This document shows positions 18,205 to 27,791 of a stretch of 32,000 nucleotides of DNA, one piece after another. Source of the stretch: Aeropyrum pernix K1 (lineage in GTDB: Archaea > Thermoproteota > Thermoprotei_A > Sulfolobales > Acidilobaceae); assembly GCF_000011125.1 (NCBI RefSeq), contig NC_000854.2:1290001-1322000 (forward strand), given 5' to 3'. How positions within the stretch are numbered: position 1 is the first letter of the stretch; the number at the start of each line of letters is the position of its first letter. Position numbers and translations under genes: made by a program. The notes beneath the pieces were generated by a model. That model saw nothing but the letters and a program-made list of their open reading frames with translations. It had not been told where the DNA came from and searched no databases.

Positions 18205-19299
18205 GTGGTCCGCGTGGATGTTGAGGAGAGGTTTAACAGAATTGCACGGAATACCGTGGAGATCGTCACCGAAGAGGAGTTGAAGGGGCTGTTGGCATCA
18301 GGAGCCAGGATTAAGGGCTACATAGGCTATGAGCCGAGCGGTGTCGCCCACATAGGCTGGCTTGTCTGGATGTACAAGGTTAAAGATCTTGTCGAGGCTG
18401 GCGTGGACTTCTCGGTTCTCGAGGCGACTTGGCACGCGTATATCAACGATAAGCTCGGGGGCGACATGGATCTCATTAGAGCTGCGGCAAGGATTGTTAG
18501 GAGGGTTATGGAGGCTGCTGGGGTTCCCGTTGAGAGGGTTAGATTCGTGGATGCTGAGGAGCTTGCCAGTGATAAGGATTACTGGGGTCTCGTCATAAGA
18601 GTTGCGAAGAGGGCTAGTCTGGCCAGGGTTAGGAGGGCTCTGACTATAATGGGTAGGAGGGCTGAGGAGGCCGAGGTTGATGCTTCGAAGCTCATCTACC
18701 CTCTCATGCAGGTTTCAGACATTTTCTACATGGACCTCGACATAGCCCTAGGGGGTATGGACCAGAGGAAGGCTCACATGCTTGCCAGGGATGTTGCCGA
18801 GAAGCTTGGCAGGAAGAAGCCTGTTGCGATACACACCCCAATAATCTCGAGCCTTCAGGGGCCGGGGAGGATGGAGGCCTCCCAGGGGGAGATAGACGAC
18901 GTGCTGGCTGAGGTCAAGATGAGCAAGTCTAAGCCGGAGACGGCTGTGTTCGTTGTTGACAGCGACGACGACATAAGGAGGAAGATAAGGAAGGCTTACT
19001 GCCCTGCAAAGCAGGTTCAGGGGAACCCGGTGCTCGAGATAGCGAGATATATACTATTTGCTAGGGACGGCTTCACCCTACGAGTCGACAGGCCAGCCAA
19101 GTATGGAGGGCCAGTGGAGTATACGAGCTATGAGGAGCTCGAGAGGGACTACACTGATGGCAGGCTGCACCCCCTAGACCTCAAGAACGCTGTGGCCGAA
19201 AGCCTGATTGAAGTAGTGAGGCCTATTAGAGGGGCGGTTCTCGGCGACCCCGCAATGAAGAGGGCGCTTGAAGCGATAGAAGGTAAGGTTACGAGATAG
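18205..19299 (+). CDS. tyrS: Tyrosyl-tRNA synthetase (archaeal/eukaryotic type)
   Basis: IGYEPSGVAHIGWLVWMYKV (HIGH-like), VSDIFYMDLDIALGGMDQRKAHMLARD, VKMSKSKPE (KMSKS). Confidence 0.95.
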   Translation: MVRVDVEERFNRIARNTVEIVTEEELKGLLASGARIKGYIGYEPSGVAHIGWLVWMYKVKDLVEAGVDFSVLEATWHAYINDKLGGDMDLIRAAARIVRRVMEAAGVPVERVRFVDAEELASDKDYWGLVIRVAKRASLARVRRALTIMGRRAEEAEVDASKLIYPLMQVSDIFYMDLDIALGGMDQRKAHMLARDVAEKLGRKKPVAIHTPIISSLQGPGRMEASQGEIDDVLAEVKMSKSKPETAVFVVDSDDDIRRKIRKAYCPAKQVQGNPVLEIARYILFARDGFTLRVDRPAKYGGPVEYTSYEELERDYTDGRLHPLDLKNAVAESLIEVVRPIRGAVLGDPAMKRALEAIEGKVTR

Positions 19300-19320
19300 C
19301 CCTGGAGGAGCCAGCCCTCT

Positions 19321-20715
19321 TTACACCCCGCATATGCAGGCCCCTAGGTCGCCTCCAAAACCCTTCTTCTTCAACTCAAGGAACTTCTCCACAAGCTCCC
19401 TATGCCCGGGCCTCTCCCTGAGTATCCTCTCTATTATACCGCCCCTCTTCATAACCTCTATCTCCCAGCTTCGAAGCGCAAAGCATAGGTAGCATCCTAT
19501 CCTGTAGAACCCTGCCTCGTAGAGCGGGTTCAGGGGTATGCCCTTCGATAGTATGTAGAGCTGTACATGGCCGCCGCTCCACAGCTTAAGGGGCGACACA
19601 ACAGGATATCCTAGCTTCTCATCGTATCTGAGGGGCGGTCTTTTGCCCCTTTTCTCAGACTCTCCATCCCTGTCTCCAGTCACTACTACGGTTTTGCCTC
19701 GGGAGACTGTTCGGAAGGCTTGCCGGAGGGCCTCCAGCTTCCTCCCGGTGCACCACCTGTACTCGGGGTCCGGCATGGGCATGCCCTCTATTAGCAGCCC
19801 CTCGTCGACGTCGGCCCTCGCATAAACTAGATCGACGCCTAGGGTGGAAGCCACCTTCTCAACATACTCGGCGTTCTCTATAAAGTCTATCCCGGTGTCG
19901 ACGTAGACTGCCTTGACAGCGTCCCTGCCGAAAGCCTCGACCGCCAGGAGAAGGGCTGCCGTAGAGTCTTTGCCGCCGCTCCACGGTACAATCACGGTGT
20001 CCACATCCTCACCCACCATCCTCAGGACCTCAGCGGAATGCTGCTCCAATACCCTCAGAATACTCCTGTTAGCCTCTACTAGGCTTTCTACATCGACGCG
20101 GACAGGCTTAACACGTCTGTAGAGCCTGCCCTGGGGGAGCGGCTTAGAATTGTCTATCACTAGCTCGCCCAGGGGCCTCGGCCCGCTGTACACCAGGTGC
20201 TTTCCACCATACATTTTGAACAGCAGCGCGGCGCCTCCTATACTCCTCTGCATGAACAAGCCTAGAACCTTAGAGCCCCTCCCGTAGACGAAGAAGCTGT
20301 CGCCCTGAGGGCTGTAGGGAAGATCCTCTACTTCAACGCTGCCAGGCCGGCGAGAGAGTATGAAGGTGGAGCCGCTCCAGTGCGTCCTAAGCCTGATCCT
20401 GGCTCTGGCGCTGTTGAGGGCTGAGTATATAGCTTCTACCCTAACGTTCCTAACCCTCGACCCCTTAACCACCGCTACCTCGGAGAAGGGGGGGAGCGCG
20501 TCTTGTAAACCCCCCATACTATTGGGGTCGAGGTCCTCCCTGCCCAGGAGGAATACAGTGAACGGCCTGGCCTCCCTCAGTATAGCCTCCTCTAGGGCAC
20601 CGCCCCTGGGGCCGCCGAGGCTCTCGACCTCTATACCCCATCCTCCCATGAACTTCTCGACGGCAGCCTTGGCAGCCTTAGCGTCCTTCCTACTCCTCGC
20701 CACTACCCTTAGCAT
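19321..20715 (-). CDS. Archaeal PAPS reductase-like PP-loop protein with N-terminal extension (substrate unknown)
   Basis: IVPWSGGKDSTAALLLA PP-loop, YVDTGIDF, YRWCTGRKLEALR, GFYRIGCYLC, GACICGV C-terminus; about 230-aa N-terminal region. Confidence 0.82.
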   Translation of the reverse strand: MLRVVARSRKDAKAAKAAVEKFMGGWGIEVESLGGPRGGALEEAILREARPFTVFLLGREDLDPNSMGGLQDALPPFSEVAVVKGSRVRNVRVEAIYSALNSARARIRLRTHWSGSTFILSRRPGSVEVEDLPYSPQGDSFFVYGRGSKVLGLFMQRSIGGAALLFKMYGGKHLVYSGPRPLGELVIDNSKPLPQGRLYRRVKPVRVDVESLVEANRSILRVLEQHSAEVLRMVGEDVDTVIVPWSGGKDSTAALLLAVEAFGRDAVKAVYVDTGIDFIENAEYVEKVASTLGVDLVYARADVDEGLLIEGMPMPDPEYRWCTGRKLEALRQAFRTVSRGKTVVVTGDRDGESEKRGKRPPLRYDEKLGYPVVSPLKLWSGGHVQLYILSKGIPLNPLYEAGFYRIGCYLCFALRSWEIEVMKRGGIIERILRERPGHRELVEKFLELKKKGFGGDLGACICGV

Positions 20716-20932
20716 GGAATTTCAGCCACCCGTAGATTAGTATTGACCCCGTGCTGATAAAAAGGGCCCCTACAATTATGGAGACTGCTATAAGAGTGTA
20801 CCTAACTATCGCTAGGAACTTTTCTACATTGGAGTCGAGTATTAGGTAGGGGTACGCAACCCCCAGGACTATGCCGACCGCGATAAATACAACCCCAGTT
20901 ACCAGGGGCCGGCTGCTCCCACCGCTCCTCAA
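20690..20932 (-). CDS. Small membrane protein (two predicted TM segments)
   Basis: 80 aa; hydrophobic stretches LVTGVVFIAVGIVLGVAYPYLI and YTLIAVSIIVGALFISTGSILIYG; overlaps both neighbours. Confidence 0.6.
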   Translation of the reverse strand: MRSGGSSRPLVTGVVFIAVGIVLGVAYPYLILDSNVEKFLAIVRYTLIAVSIIVGALFISTGSILIYGWLKFHAKGSGEE

Positions 20933-21114
20933 GGCTTCAACACCCTATCAGCCTTTACCCTGTGAAACATGTCTCTAGCCTTATCCAGGGCCTCCTCCTC
21001 GGTGGAGGCGGCTACGTTGAACACTATACCACTCCCTTTCTCCCTAACCCTAAACCTCCTCTCCCCGAACAACACGTAAGACTCCAGGACCTCGAACTCC
21101 GGCAACTCCGGCAC
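20929..21114 (-). CDS. Small hypothetical protein, 61 aa
   Basis: 4-bp overlap with downstream ORF suggests translational coupling. Confidence 0.5.
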   Translation of the reverse strand: MPELPEFEVLESYVLFGERRFRVREKGSGIVFNVAASTEEEALDKARDMFHRVKADRVLKP

Positions 21115-21161
21115 CTCACACCGGCTCCAGGCGGGCTCCCGAGGCCTATATAATCTTTGGG

Positions 21162-21890
21162 GTGATGGTTAATAATTTACCAGTGGAGACTGCTGTCGCA
21201 ACAGCCATACCACTAGCCCGGGGGTGCTTGGGCCTGGGCAGGACTTTGAAGAGGATACTCTGGCTTGACGGTAGGCCTTCAGCATTTAGGGTTGTTAAGC
21301 AGCATAGGGAGCTGCTAGCCCGCCAGGGCGTTGAGATAGAGGTTCCGAAGGGCGGGCCCCACCCGTCCTGGGCTGGTTGTGAGGTTGCCGTTCTACCGCC
21401 TCCGGATAGCCCTGAGAGGTCTTGGGCCGAGGGTTTTGTAGCCCCCCTGCGCTGCAGGCGGCTGGTCTCCAGCAAGGACCCCCTCAGGGCTCTCTACACC
21501 GCCCTTGCCTACCCGAGCCCCGGGTTCCTTCATGTCACTGTGGGTATAGATCCTGGTAGGATGTGTACGGCTGTTGCCCTTGCCGACGGCTTGGTGCTTT
21601 GGGAGTGGAAGGGGGGCTGTGGGGAGCTGGGCCCTGCTGTGAGGGGTGTTCTCTCCAGGATACCCCATGAGGGTAGTGCTGTATACCTGGGCTCGGGCCC
21701 AAGCTTCGAGGAGGCTGAGGAAAGCCTGGCGGCGGCTGGCCTCGGCTATAGTATAGTGGAGGAGTGGGGCTCCACGAGGTCGCCTTACGAGCCCCCTGGA
21801 GGCTTGTCCGGGCTCTTCTCTGATAAGGATATACTCGCTTCAATCACAATAGCTTACAGAGGTTTATCGAGATGGAGGATGCGAGTCTAA
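21162..21890 (+). CDS. RuvC/RNase H-fold-like protein of unknown function
   Basis: VTVGIDPGRMCTAVALADG resembles the first RuvC-like Asp strand and SDKDILASITIAYRG resembles the terminal D-x-x-DA helix; overlaps the next gene by 19 nt. Confidence 0.5.
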   Translation: MMVNNLPVETAVATAIPLARGCLGLGRTLKRILWLDGRPSAFRVVKQHRELLARQGVEIEVPKGGPHPSWAGCEVAVLPPPDSPERSWAEGFVAPLRCRRLVSSKDPLRALYTALAYPSPGFLHVTVGIDPGRMCTAVALADGLVLWEWKGGCGELGPAVRGVLSRIPHEGSAVYLGSGPSFEEAEESLAAAGLGYSIVEEWGSTRSPYEPPGGLSGLFSDKDILASITIAYRGLSRWRMRV

Positions 21891-23185
21891 AGAGCTTCCT
21901 AGAGAAGGTTGGGTACAGGGTTGTGGATAGAACGCTCTCGAGGGAATACGAGGTAGCTAGGCTGATAGCCGAGACCCAGGGGTGCGGTCCGCCCCTTCTG
22001 GCCAGGATTGAGGGTGTCAGACAGCCTGTCGCCGTTAACGTGGTGGACACCCGCGAAAAGCTCTACAAAGCCCTAGGTGTCACCGGGGATTCTGAGGCTT
22101 ACGCCAAGATAGTAGACTCGACGATGAGGCCCGGGAGGCTGGAGTACGTGGATAAGCCGCCCTTGGATGAGATGCCTGAGGGTTTCGAGGGACTTCCCGC
22201 GGCGAGGTTCTACGAGGGAGAGGCGGGCCTCTACCTCTCTTCAGGGATCGTCATCGCCTGCTATGAGGGGGTGTGTAACGCCAGCATACACAGGCTCCTT
22301 ATACTCGGCAGGGAGAGGGCAGCAATACGTATAGTCCCCCGCCACCTGTGGCACCTCTACAGGAAGGCTAGGGAGAGGGGCGAGGACCTCCCCGCCACTG
22401 TCGTAGTAGGCCTACACCCCGCCGTGCTGCTAGCCGCCGCTACTAGCCCGCCCCTGGGGGTCTTCGAGCTAGGCCTGGCGGCTGGCATGCTGGGGGGCTC
22501 CATGAAGGTCTATAGGAGCCCGGTCCACGGCAACCCCGTCCCCCTGGGTGCAGCTATGGTTGCCGATGTATGGATAACGGGAGAGCAGGTGGAGGAGGGG
22601 CCCTACGTTGACGCTCTACTCACCTACGACAGGGTTAGGAGGCAGCCTGTAGTCAGGCTCGAGGCAGCCTACATCAAGGAGGGTGAGTACACCCACACTA
22701 TAATGGGGGGGAGCCTGGAGCACGTTAATCTAATGGGCTTCCCTAGGGAGGCCAGCATATGGGAGGCTGTGAGGAGGGCTCTACCGAGAGTCAGAGCCGT
22801 CAGGCTGACGCCCGCCAGCGGTGGATGGCTGCACGCTGTGATAGCTGTAGAGAAGCAGCACGAGGGCGACGGGAAGACGGCTATAATGGCCGCGTTTGCC
22901 GCCCACCCTAGCCTCAAGCACGTGGTTGTTGTCGACAGTGACGTCGATGTTGATGACCCCATGCAGGTCGAGTGGGCCATAGCAACCCGCTTCCAGGCCG
23001 ACAAGGACCTAGTTATAATACCGAGGGCAAGAGGTTCGACCCTCGACCCGAGCGCTGCAGACGGCCTGACAGCTAAGATGGGTTTAGACGCTACTAAGCC
23101 CCTTGACGCGGGCATGGGGTACGAGAGGGGCAGGATACCGGGGTTTAAATGGGGCTCCAGGAGGTGCCACCAGCCGGGAGACTAA
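21872..23185 (+). CDS. UbiD-family decarboxylase; predicted trans-anhydromevalonate 5-phosphate decarboxylase
   Basis: UbiD-family architecture (VYRSPVHGNPVPLGAAMVADVWITG, PREASIWEAVRRALPRVRAVRLTPASGGWLHAVIAVEKQHEGDGKTAIMAAFAAHPSLKHVVVVDSDVDVDDPMQVEWAIATRFQADKDLVI); co-localised with aconitase-X genes. Confidence 0.87.
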   Translation: MEDASLKSFLEKVGYRVVDRTLSREYEVARLIAETQGCGPPLLARIEGVRQPVAVNVVDTREKLYKALGVTGDSEAYAKIVDSTMRPGRLEYVDKPPLDEMPEGFEGLPAARFYEGEAGLYLSSGIVIACYEGVCNASIHRLLILGRERAAIRIVPRHLWHLYRKARERGEDLPATVVVGLHPAVLLAAATSPPLGVFELGLAAGMLGGSMKVYRSPVHGNPVPLGAAMVADVWITGEQVEEGPYVDALLTYDRVRRQPVVRLEAAYIKEGEYTHTIMGGSLEHVNLMGFPREASIWEAVRRALPRVRAVRLTPASGGWLHAVIAVEKQHEGDGKTAIMAAFAAHPSLKHVVVVDSDVDVDDPMQVEWAIATRFQADKDLVIIPRARGSTLDPSAADGLTAKMGLDATKPLDAGMGYERGRIPGFKWGSRRCHQPGD

Positions 23186-23205
23186 GACCCTGGAGGGGCT
23201 TTGGG

Positions 23206-23676
23206 ATGGCTAGGCTGTACCCCGGCCAGCCTGTTGTCGGCGTGGGGTGCCTGGTGTTCAGGGGTGGGAGGATTCTCCTGGTCAAGCGGAAGTACCCGCC
23301 GGGCAGGGGGAAGTGGAGCATACCCGGGGGGCATGTGAGGCTGGGGGAGACTCTGGAGGAGGTTGCTGCTAGGGAGCTTGAGGAGGAGACTGGCATCAAG
23401 GGGCGTCCTCTGGGGGTGGTTAACGTTGACGACGCGATAACTGTGGACGACAAGGGGGTTAGGTATCACTATGTTTTAATTACTGTCCTTCTCGAGGACC
23501 TGGGGGGCGAGCCACGAGGTGGCGATGACGCGGAAGAAGCTGGATTCTACACGCTGGACGAGGCCCTCAAACTCAACCTCACCCCATCCACCCTAGGGCT
23601 TATAGACAAGATAACCAGGGGCATGCTCTGCCTCGAAAAGCCCATCAAGCCTAGAAGGTACAGGCCTGCCGACTGA
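23206..23676 (+). CDS. Nudix hydrolase (ADP-ribose pyrophosphatase-like)
   Basis: Nudix box GGHVRLGETLEEVAARELEEETGIKG; start taken at ATG 23206, after the UbiD-like stop. Confidence 0.9.
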   Translation: MARLYPGQPVVGVGCLVFRGGRILLVKRKYPPGRGKWSIPGGHVRLGETLEEVAARELEEETGIKGRPLGVVNVDDAITVDDKGVRYHYVLITVLLEDLGGEPRGGDDAEEAGFYTLDEALKLNLTPSTLGLIDKITRGMLCLEKPIKPRRYRPAD

Positions 23677-23720
23677 ATACCGGGCAACAGTATTAACCCT
23701 ACAAGACGGTAAAACCCTAG

Positions 23721-24869
23721 ATGAGGCTATGTTTTGGGGTGTGCTGCGTCGTGTACAGGTTTGTCAGTAAGACGGGTGAGGCAGCCCGACTTATAGTAGA
23801 CTACTGCATATCCGCCTCTAGGGGGGACGATGTCGCAGTATCCTTCGGCCTCCCTGCGATAGACTTTGCCAGGGCAGTGGCCCTTGAGGTCCTCTCGCGC
23901 GGGGCCTACCCCCTCCTGAACCTGAGGGACGAGTACGTCGCGGAGGCCATGTACAGGCTGGCCCCCGAAGAGCTGCTAGACTATATATCGCCTATAGACA
24001 TGTACATGCTTGAGAAAGTGGACGCCAGTATAAGCATAATAAGCCCCCTCCACACCAAGCCCCTAGCCACAGCAGACCCCGGGAAGGTGGCTAGGCGTAG
24101 CAGGGCGTCGAGGCCCCTGACGGAGCTGTTCATGAAGAGGGATGGTGAGGGCAGCCTGAGGTGGACGGTCACAGCATACCCTGCACCCAGCCTTGCGCAG
24201 GAGGCTGGTATGGGGCTGCTCGAGTTCGAGGATTTCGTTGTTAGAGCGTTGAAGCTGCATGAGGACGATCCTGTCGCTGCCTGGAAGAGGCAGGCCGAGT
24301 GGCAGGAGAAGGTGGCCGCCCTGCTCAGCAAGGCCTCCGAGCTGAGAGTGGTGTCCAGCGGCACAGACATAACGTTCAGGGTTGAAGGGAGGATATGGAT
24401 AAATGATGACGGCAAGAAGAACATGCCGGGAGGCGAGGTCTTCACAGCACCGCACGAGGACGGTGTGGAGGGAGTAGTGACGTTCGACTTCCCAGCAGTG
24501 TGGAGGGGCTTAGAGGTGGAGGGGGTGAGGCTGGAGTTCCGGGGCGGGCAGGTAGTGAAGGCCTCCGCCTCCAAGGGAGAGGAGCATCTAAGGAGAATAC
24601 TCGAGACGGACGAGGGCGCTAAGAGGCTGGGAGAACTGGCCTTCGGCCTGAACTACGATATACAGAGGCATATAAAGAACATACTCTTCGACGAGAAGAT
24701 AGGCGGCACAATGCACATGGCCCTAGGGGCGGCTTATCCCAGCACAGGAGGCAGGAACCAGTCGGCTATACACTGGGACATGGTCAAGGACCTGAGGAGA
24801 GAGTCCAGGGTCTACGCCGACGGCGACCTCATCTTCGAGAACGGCAGGTTCATAGAGGACTACCTATAA
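23721..24869 (+). CDS. M29-family aminopeptidase (aminopeptidase T-like)
   Basis: SSGTDITFRVEGRIWINDDGKKNMPGGEVFTAPHEDGVEGVVTFDFPAVW, LAFGLNYDIQRHIKNILFDEKIGGTMHMALGAAYPSTGGRNQSAIHWDMVKDLR. Confidence 0.88.
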   Translation: MRLCFGVCCVVYRFVSKTGEAARLIVDYCISASRGDDVAVSFGLPAIDFARAVALEVLSRGAYPLLNLRDEYVAEAMYRLAPEELLDYISPIDMYMLEKVDASISIISPLHTKPLATADPGKVARRSRASRPLTELFMKRDGEGSLRWTVTAYPAPSLAQEAGMGLLEFEDFVVRALKLHEDDPVAAWKRQAEWQEKVAALLSKASELRVVSSGTDITFRVEGRIWINDDGKKNMPGGEVFTAPHEDGVEGVVTFDFPAVWRGLEVEGVRLEFRGGQVVKASASKGEEHLRRILETDEGAKRLGELAFGLNYDIQRHIKNILFDEKIGGTMHMALGAAYPSTGGRNQSAIHWDMVKDLRRESRVYADGDLIFENGRFIEDYL

Positions 24870-24942
24870 ATCTGCACGGGGCTCGGACGTAGGGCTGGCG
24901 TCACACCCCCCACCGGAGGAGGGTCGGGCGAAAACTCCCTCC

Positions 24943-26037
24943 TCACGGCCCTTCACTTTTAGCTTTCTCTCTTACTGCCGAAATGTCTAGCGCCGCCTCG
25001 GCTATGTCGAGGGAGTAGCCCGTTATCCTCCTCATACTATCTATTACCAGGTAGCGTAGGAGGCTCCCACCCCCCCTCAGGAACTCCTGGGCCGTCATGC
25101 TCTCCAGCCTGCTCCTGTACTCGCTCAGCACCGGTGCGATGCTGGCAGCCAGGCCTGCGTCAGCCTTTATGAGGGCTTCAACACTCTTTGAGAAGCCTTC
25201 CGCAGCCTCCATCACCAGGCTTGAAAGGCCGTTCTCAACGCTCATGCCTGCTCCTAGGCTAGCCGAGACTCTCACCGAGAGTATTGTCGCGTGATCCGCC
25301 ACCCTCTCTATGCTCTTGACGGCCAGGAAGAGGTGCACTATCTCGGCGGGGGAGTAGACGCCGAGGTCCTTGAGGGGTAGCCTGCCGCTCGAGGCCATAG
25401 TCATCTGCCTAGCCATGTAGAGGTATAGCTTGTCTACAAGCTGGTCCCTCTCGGCAACCAGGTCCAGCAAACCTCTATCCCCGTTTTCCAGCCCCCTGGC
25501 GACGTCTCTGATCATTTCCGCCGCTATCCTAGCCATCCTAGATAGGGCGCGTGAGAACTCCATGCTCCTGTGGTCGACCACAGAAACGAACACTATGTAC
25601 CCCGGACCCTCCTCGAGAACGTTGAAACCGAGTATGTTCGACTCGACTATACTCCTGATCTTAGACACAGCGTCTACACTGCCGTCGCCGAAGAGGAGGA
25701 GCACCTCGTCATAGCCGGCTAAGTATGAGGCTATAACGCTTTTGATAACGAATGACAAGTCGAGCTCCTTACCCCTCAGATCTATAACGCGCCTATCCCT
25801 CCTCGCAGGCCTCTCCGAAGCAGACGGGGCGATTTTGAGGCTGCCGTCAGGCATAACCTCCAGCGTAACCTCGCTCCCCCTGCCCAGCCTCCATGTTTCC
25901 ACCCACTCCTTAGGCAGGCTCACGATATACGTGGAGCGCCCGGTGAGCTGGATCCTCCTCTTGTAGGCAGCCCTACCGTCCAAAACACCCACCACAGTCA
26001 ATATTCTATATACTAGCCGGGAGAAACTATATAGCAC
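24943..26037 (-). CDS. PhoU-like protein with N-terminal AbrB/SpoVT-like DNA-binding domain
   Basis: [45 protein letters not shown] followed by helical PhoU-like repeats ([17 protein letters not shown]..., [17 protein letters not shown]). Confidence 0.78.
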   Translation of the reverse strand: MLYSFSRLVYRILTVVGVLDGRAAYKRRIQLTGRSTYIVSLPKEWVETWRLGRGSEVTLEVMPDGSLKIAPSASERPARRDRRVIDLRGKELDLSFVIKSVIASYLAGYDEVLLLFGDGSVDAVSKIRSIVESNILGFNVLEEGPGYIVFVSVVDHRSMEFSRALSRMARIAAEMIRDVARGLENGDRGLLDLVAERDQLVDKLYLYMARQMTMASSGRLPLKDLGVYSPAEIVHLFLAVKSIERVADHATILSVRVSASLGAGMSVENGLSSLVMEAAEGFSKSVEALIKADAGLAASIAPVLSEYRSRLESMTAQEFLRGGGSLLRYLVIDSMRRITGYSLDIAEAALDISAVREKAKSEGP

Positions 26038-26109
26038 ACCCTTACCCGGAGGACCTCCGTCCCATATTTAAAGCTTCCGTCAATGCCTAGTAGCTTTGGG
26101 TGTAGCAGG

Positions 26110-26529
26110 ATGAGTGTCAACTATGCAACGCTGGGGGACCTCAAGAAGGGCAGTTATATAGTGATAGACGGTGAGCCCTGCAGGATAGTTGAGATGAGCA
26201 GGGCCAAGACAGGTAAGCACGGCAGCGCCAAGGCTCATGTGGTTGCCATATGCGTGTTCTCCGGCCAGAAAAAGAGTCTGGTGGCGCCGGTCGACACTAG
26301 GGTTCAGATTCCAGTTATAGAGAAGAGGCTTGGCCAGGTGCTGGCGGATATGGGGGACATGGTCCAGATAATGGACCTGGAGACCTACGATACCTTCGAG
26401 GTCGAGAAGCCTGGGGGGAACGAGGAGGAGGAGCAGCTGGCAGCCAAGCTGCAGCCAGGGGTCACCGTGGAGTACTGGCTGATAATGGGCAAGCCCAAGA
26501 TAATCAGGATAAGGAGCTCCTCCAGCTAG
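26110..26529 (+). CDS. eif5a: Translation initiation factor aIF5A
   Basis: Hypusination loop [25 protein letters not shown]; start at ATG 26110 gives [14 protein letters not shown]. Confidence 0.93.
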   Translation: MSVNYATLGDLKKGSYIVIDGEPCRIVEMSRAKTGKHGSAKAHVVAICVFSGQKKSLVAPVDTRVQIPVIEKRLGQVLADMGDMVQIMDLETYDTFEVEKPGGNEEEEQLAAKLQPGVTVEYWLIMGKPKIIRIRSSSS

Positions 26530-27499
26530 CCCCGAGACCCAGCTCCTGCGCCCTCCTCCTAAACCACTCTCTAACAACAGGCCCCATAGGCCTCCCAAGA
26601 GCCCTTCTGGTTACCCTGCAGAAGCTGCACTCCCCGCCGGAGGACAGGAGGCCGCAGCTCGGGCACCTGCCTATAGAGCCCTTCGGCTTCGGGTAATCCT
26701 CAACCCTCTTTGCAAGCTTGGACACCATCTGTAGCTTTAGCCCCGGCCTCTTATCCTCGAGCTGGTTGACCGTCTCCTTCAGCTCCACCTCCATCTGCCT
26801 CCTCTCGACGAAGGGGCACTCCTCGTGCAGGAAGGGGAGGCCGGCCAGGAGGGAGTAGAGGAAGCTCTCCTTCTCGTAAACGTAGTAGAGAGGCCTCACC
26901 CTCCCCACGGCCACGCCCGGTATGCTCTCCGTCTTGACGCCGAGCTTCGATATAGCCTCTAGGTCCTGGTTGAGGAAGGACTTTAGGTTGTACACGGCTA
27001 TGTCGTCTGCGTTGTGGCCGAGGGCGACGGCATCGACGCCCAGCTCAACGGCGGCAGCGTTTATGACGTAGCGTTTAACCATGCCGCACACGCTGCACGG
27101 CGGCCTCTTAGAAGCCTTGGCAAGCTCCGGTATGCCAGCCCCCAGGACCTCATTCAAGTCAAACACTATGAGGGGCACGTCCAGCTGGCTGGCAAGCCTG
27201 ATAGAGGCTTCCCTGCTCTTCTCGGAGTACTCGTAGATGCCCAGGTGTATGTAGAGCGCGACTACGTGGAACCCGATCCTCCTTGAAAGCCTCGAGAGGA
27301 CTGCCAGCAGCGTGGAGCTGTCTTTGCCACCCGAGACTGCCGCGAGGACCCTATCCCCCTTACCAACAAGCCTGTGCCTCATTATTGCCCTCTCTACCTT
27401 GGACTCCACGAACTCGAGATAGTGGTCTCTGCATAAATACCGCCTCTGGTACCTGATATACGCCACCGCGGGGGCGCCGCAGACGCTGCACCTAGCCAC
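26504..27499 (-). CDS. TtuA/NcsA (CTU1/Ncs6)-type tRNA 2-thiolation PP-loop ATPase
   Basis: N-terminal Zn motif [64 protein letters not shown]-terminal [16 protein letters not shown]. Confidence 0.9.
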   Translation of the reverse strand: MARCSVCGAPAVAYIRYQRRYLCRDHYLEFVESKVERAIMRHRLVGKGDRVLAAVSGGKDSSTLLAVLSRLSRRIGFHVVALYIHLGIYEYSEKSREASIRLASQLDVPLIVFDLNEVLGAGIPELAKASKRPPCSVCGMVKRYVINAAAVELGVDAVALGHNADDIAVYNLKSFLNQDLEAISKLGVKTESIPGVAVGRVRPLYYVYEKESFLYSLLAGLPFLHEECPFVERRQMEVELKETVNQLEDKRPGLKLQMVSKLAKRVEDYPKPKGSIGRCPSCGLLSSGGECSFCRVTRRALGRPMGPVVREWFRRRAQELGLGASWRSSLS

Positions 27500-27740
27500 C
27501 GGAGAGCACCCTAACTACATCCACCGTCTCTCCAGGCGAGACGAGGTCCTCTGGCAGTAGCGGCTTCCCGTCTCTAAGCACCACAGCCACCTCCTCGTTC
27601 ATACCCAGCATCCGAAGCAGCTCGCCCGCCTTCAGCGGCCTCTCGGCCTGTATAACCCTCTCCCCACCCTCCGGCACAAGCCTAACCTTTATAGCCTGGC
27701 CGCCAGTCACACTCAAACCGTCTACACCCATTATAAACAT
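27492..27740 (-). CDS. GG-terminated ubiquitin-like sulfur carrier (TtuB/ThiS/SAMP-like)
   Basis: 82 aa: [66 protein letters not shown]; 8-bp overlap with the TtuA-like gene. Confidence 0.85.
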   Translation of the reverse strand: MFIMGVDGLSVTGGQAIKVRLVPEGGERVIQAERPLKAGELLRMLGMNEEVAVVLRDGKPLLPEDLVSPGETVDVVRVLSGG

Positions 27741-27791
27741 GGTTTAGCTCTAAACCAAAGTATTAACCCCGCCTATATAAGTTAGGAGTAT

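Noticed and set aside
24063-24455. - strand 130-aa ORF opposite the M29 aminopeptidase
   Set aside because: Antisense to a strongly supported gene with no recognisable motif.
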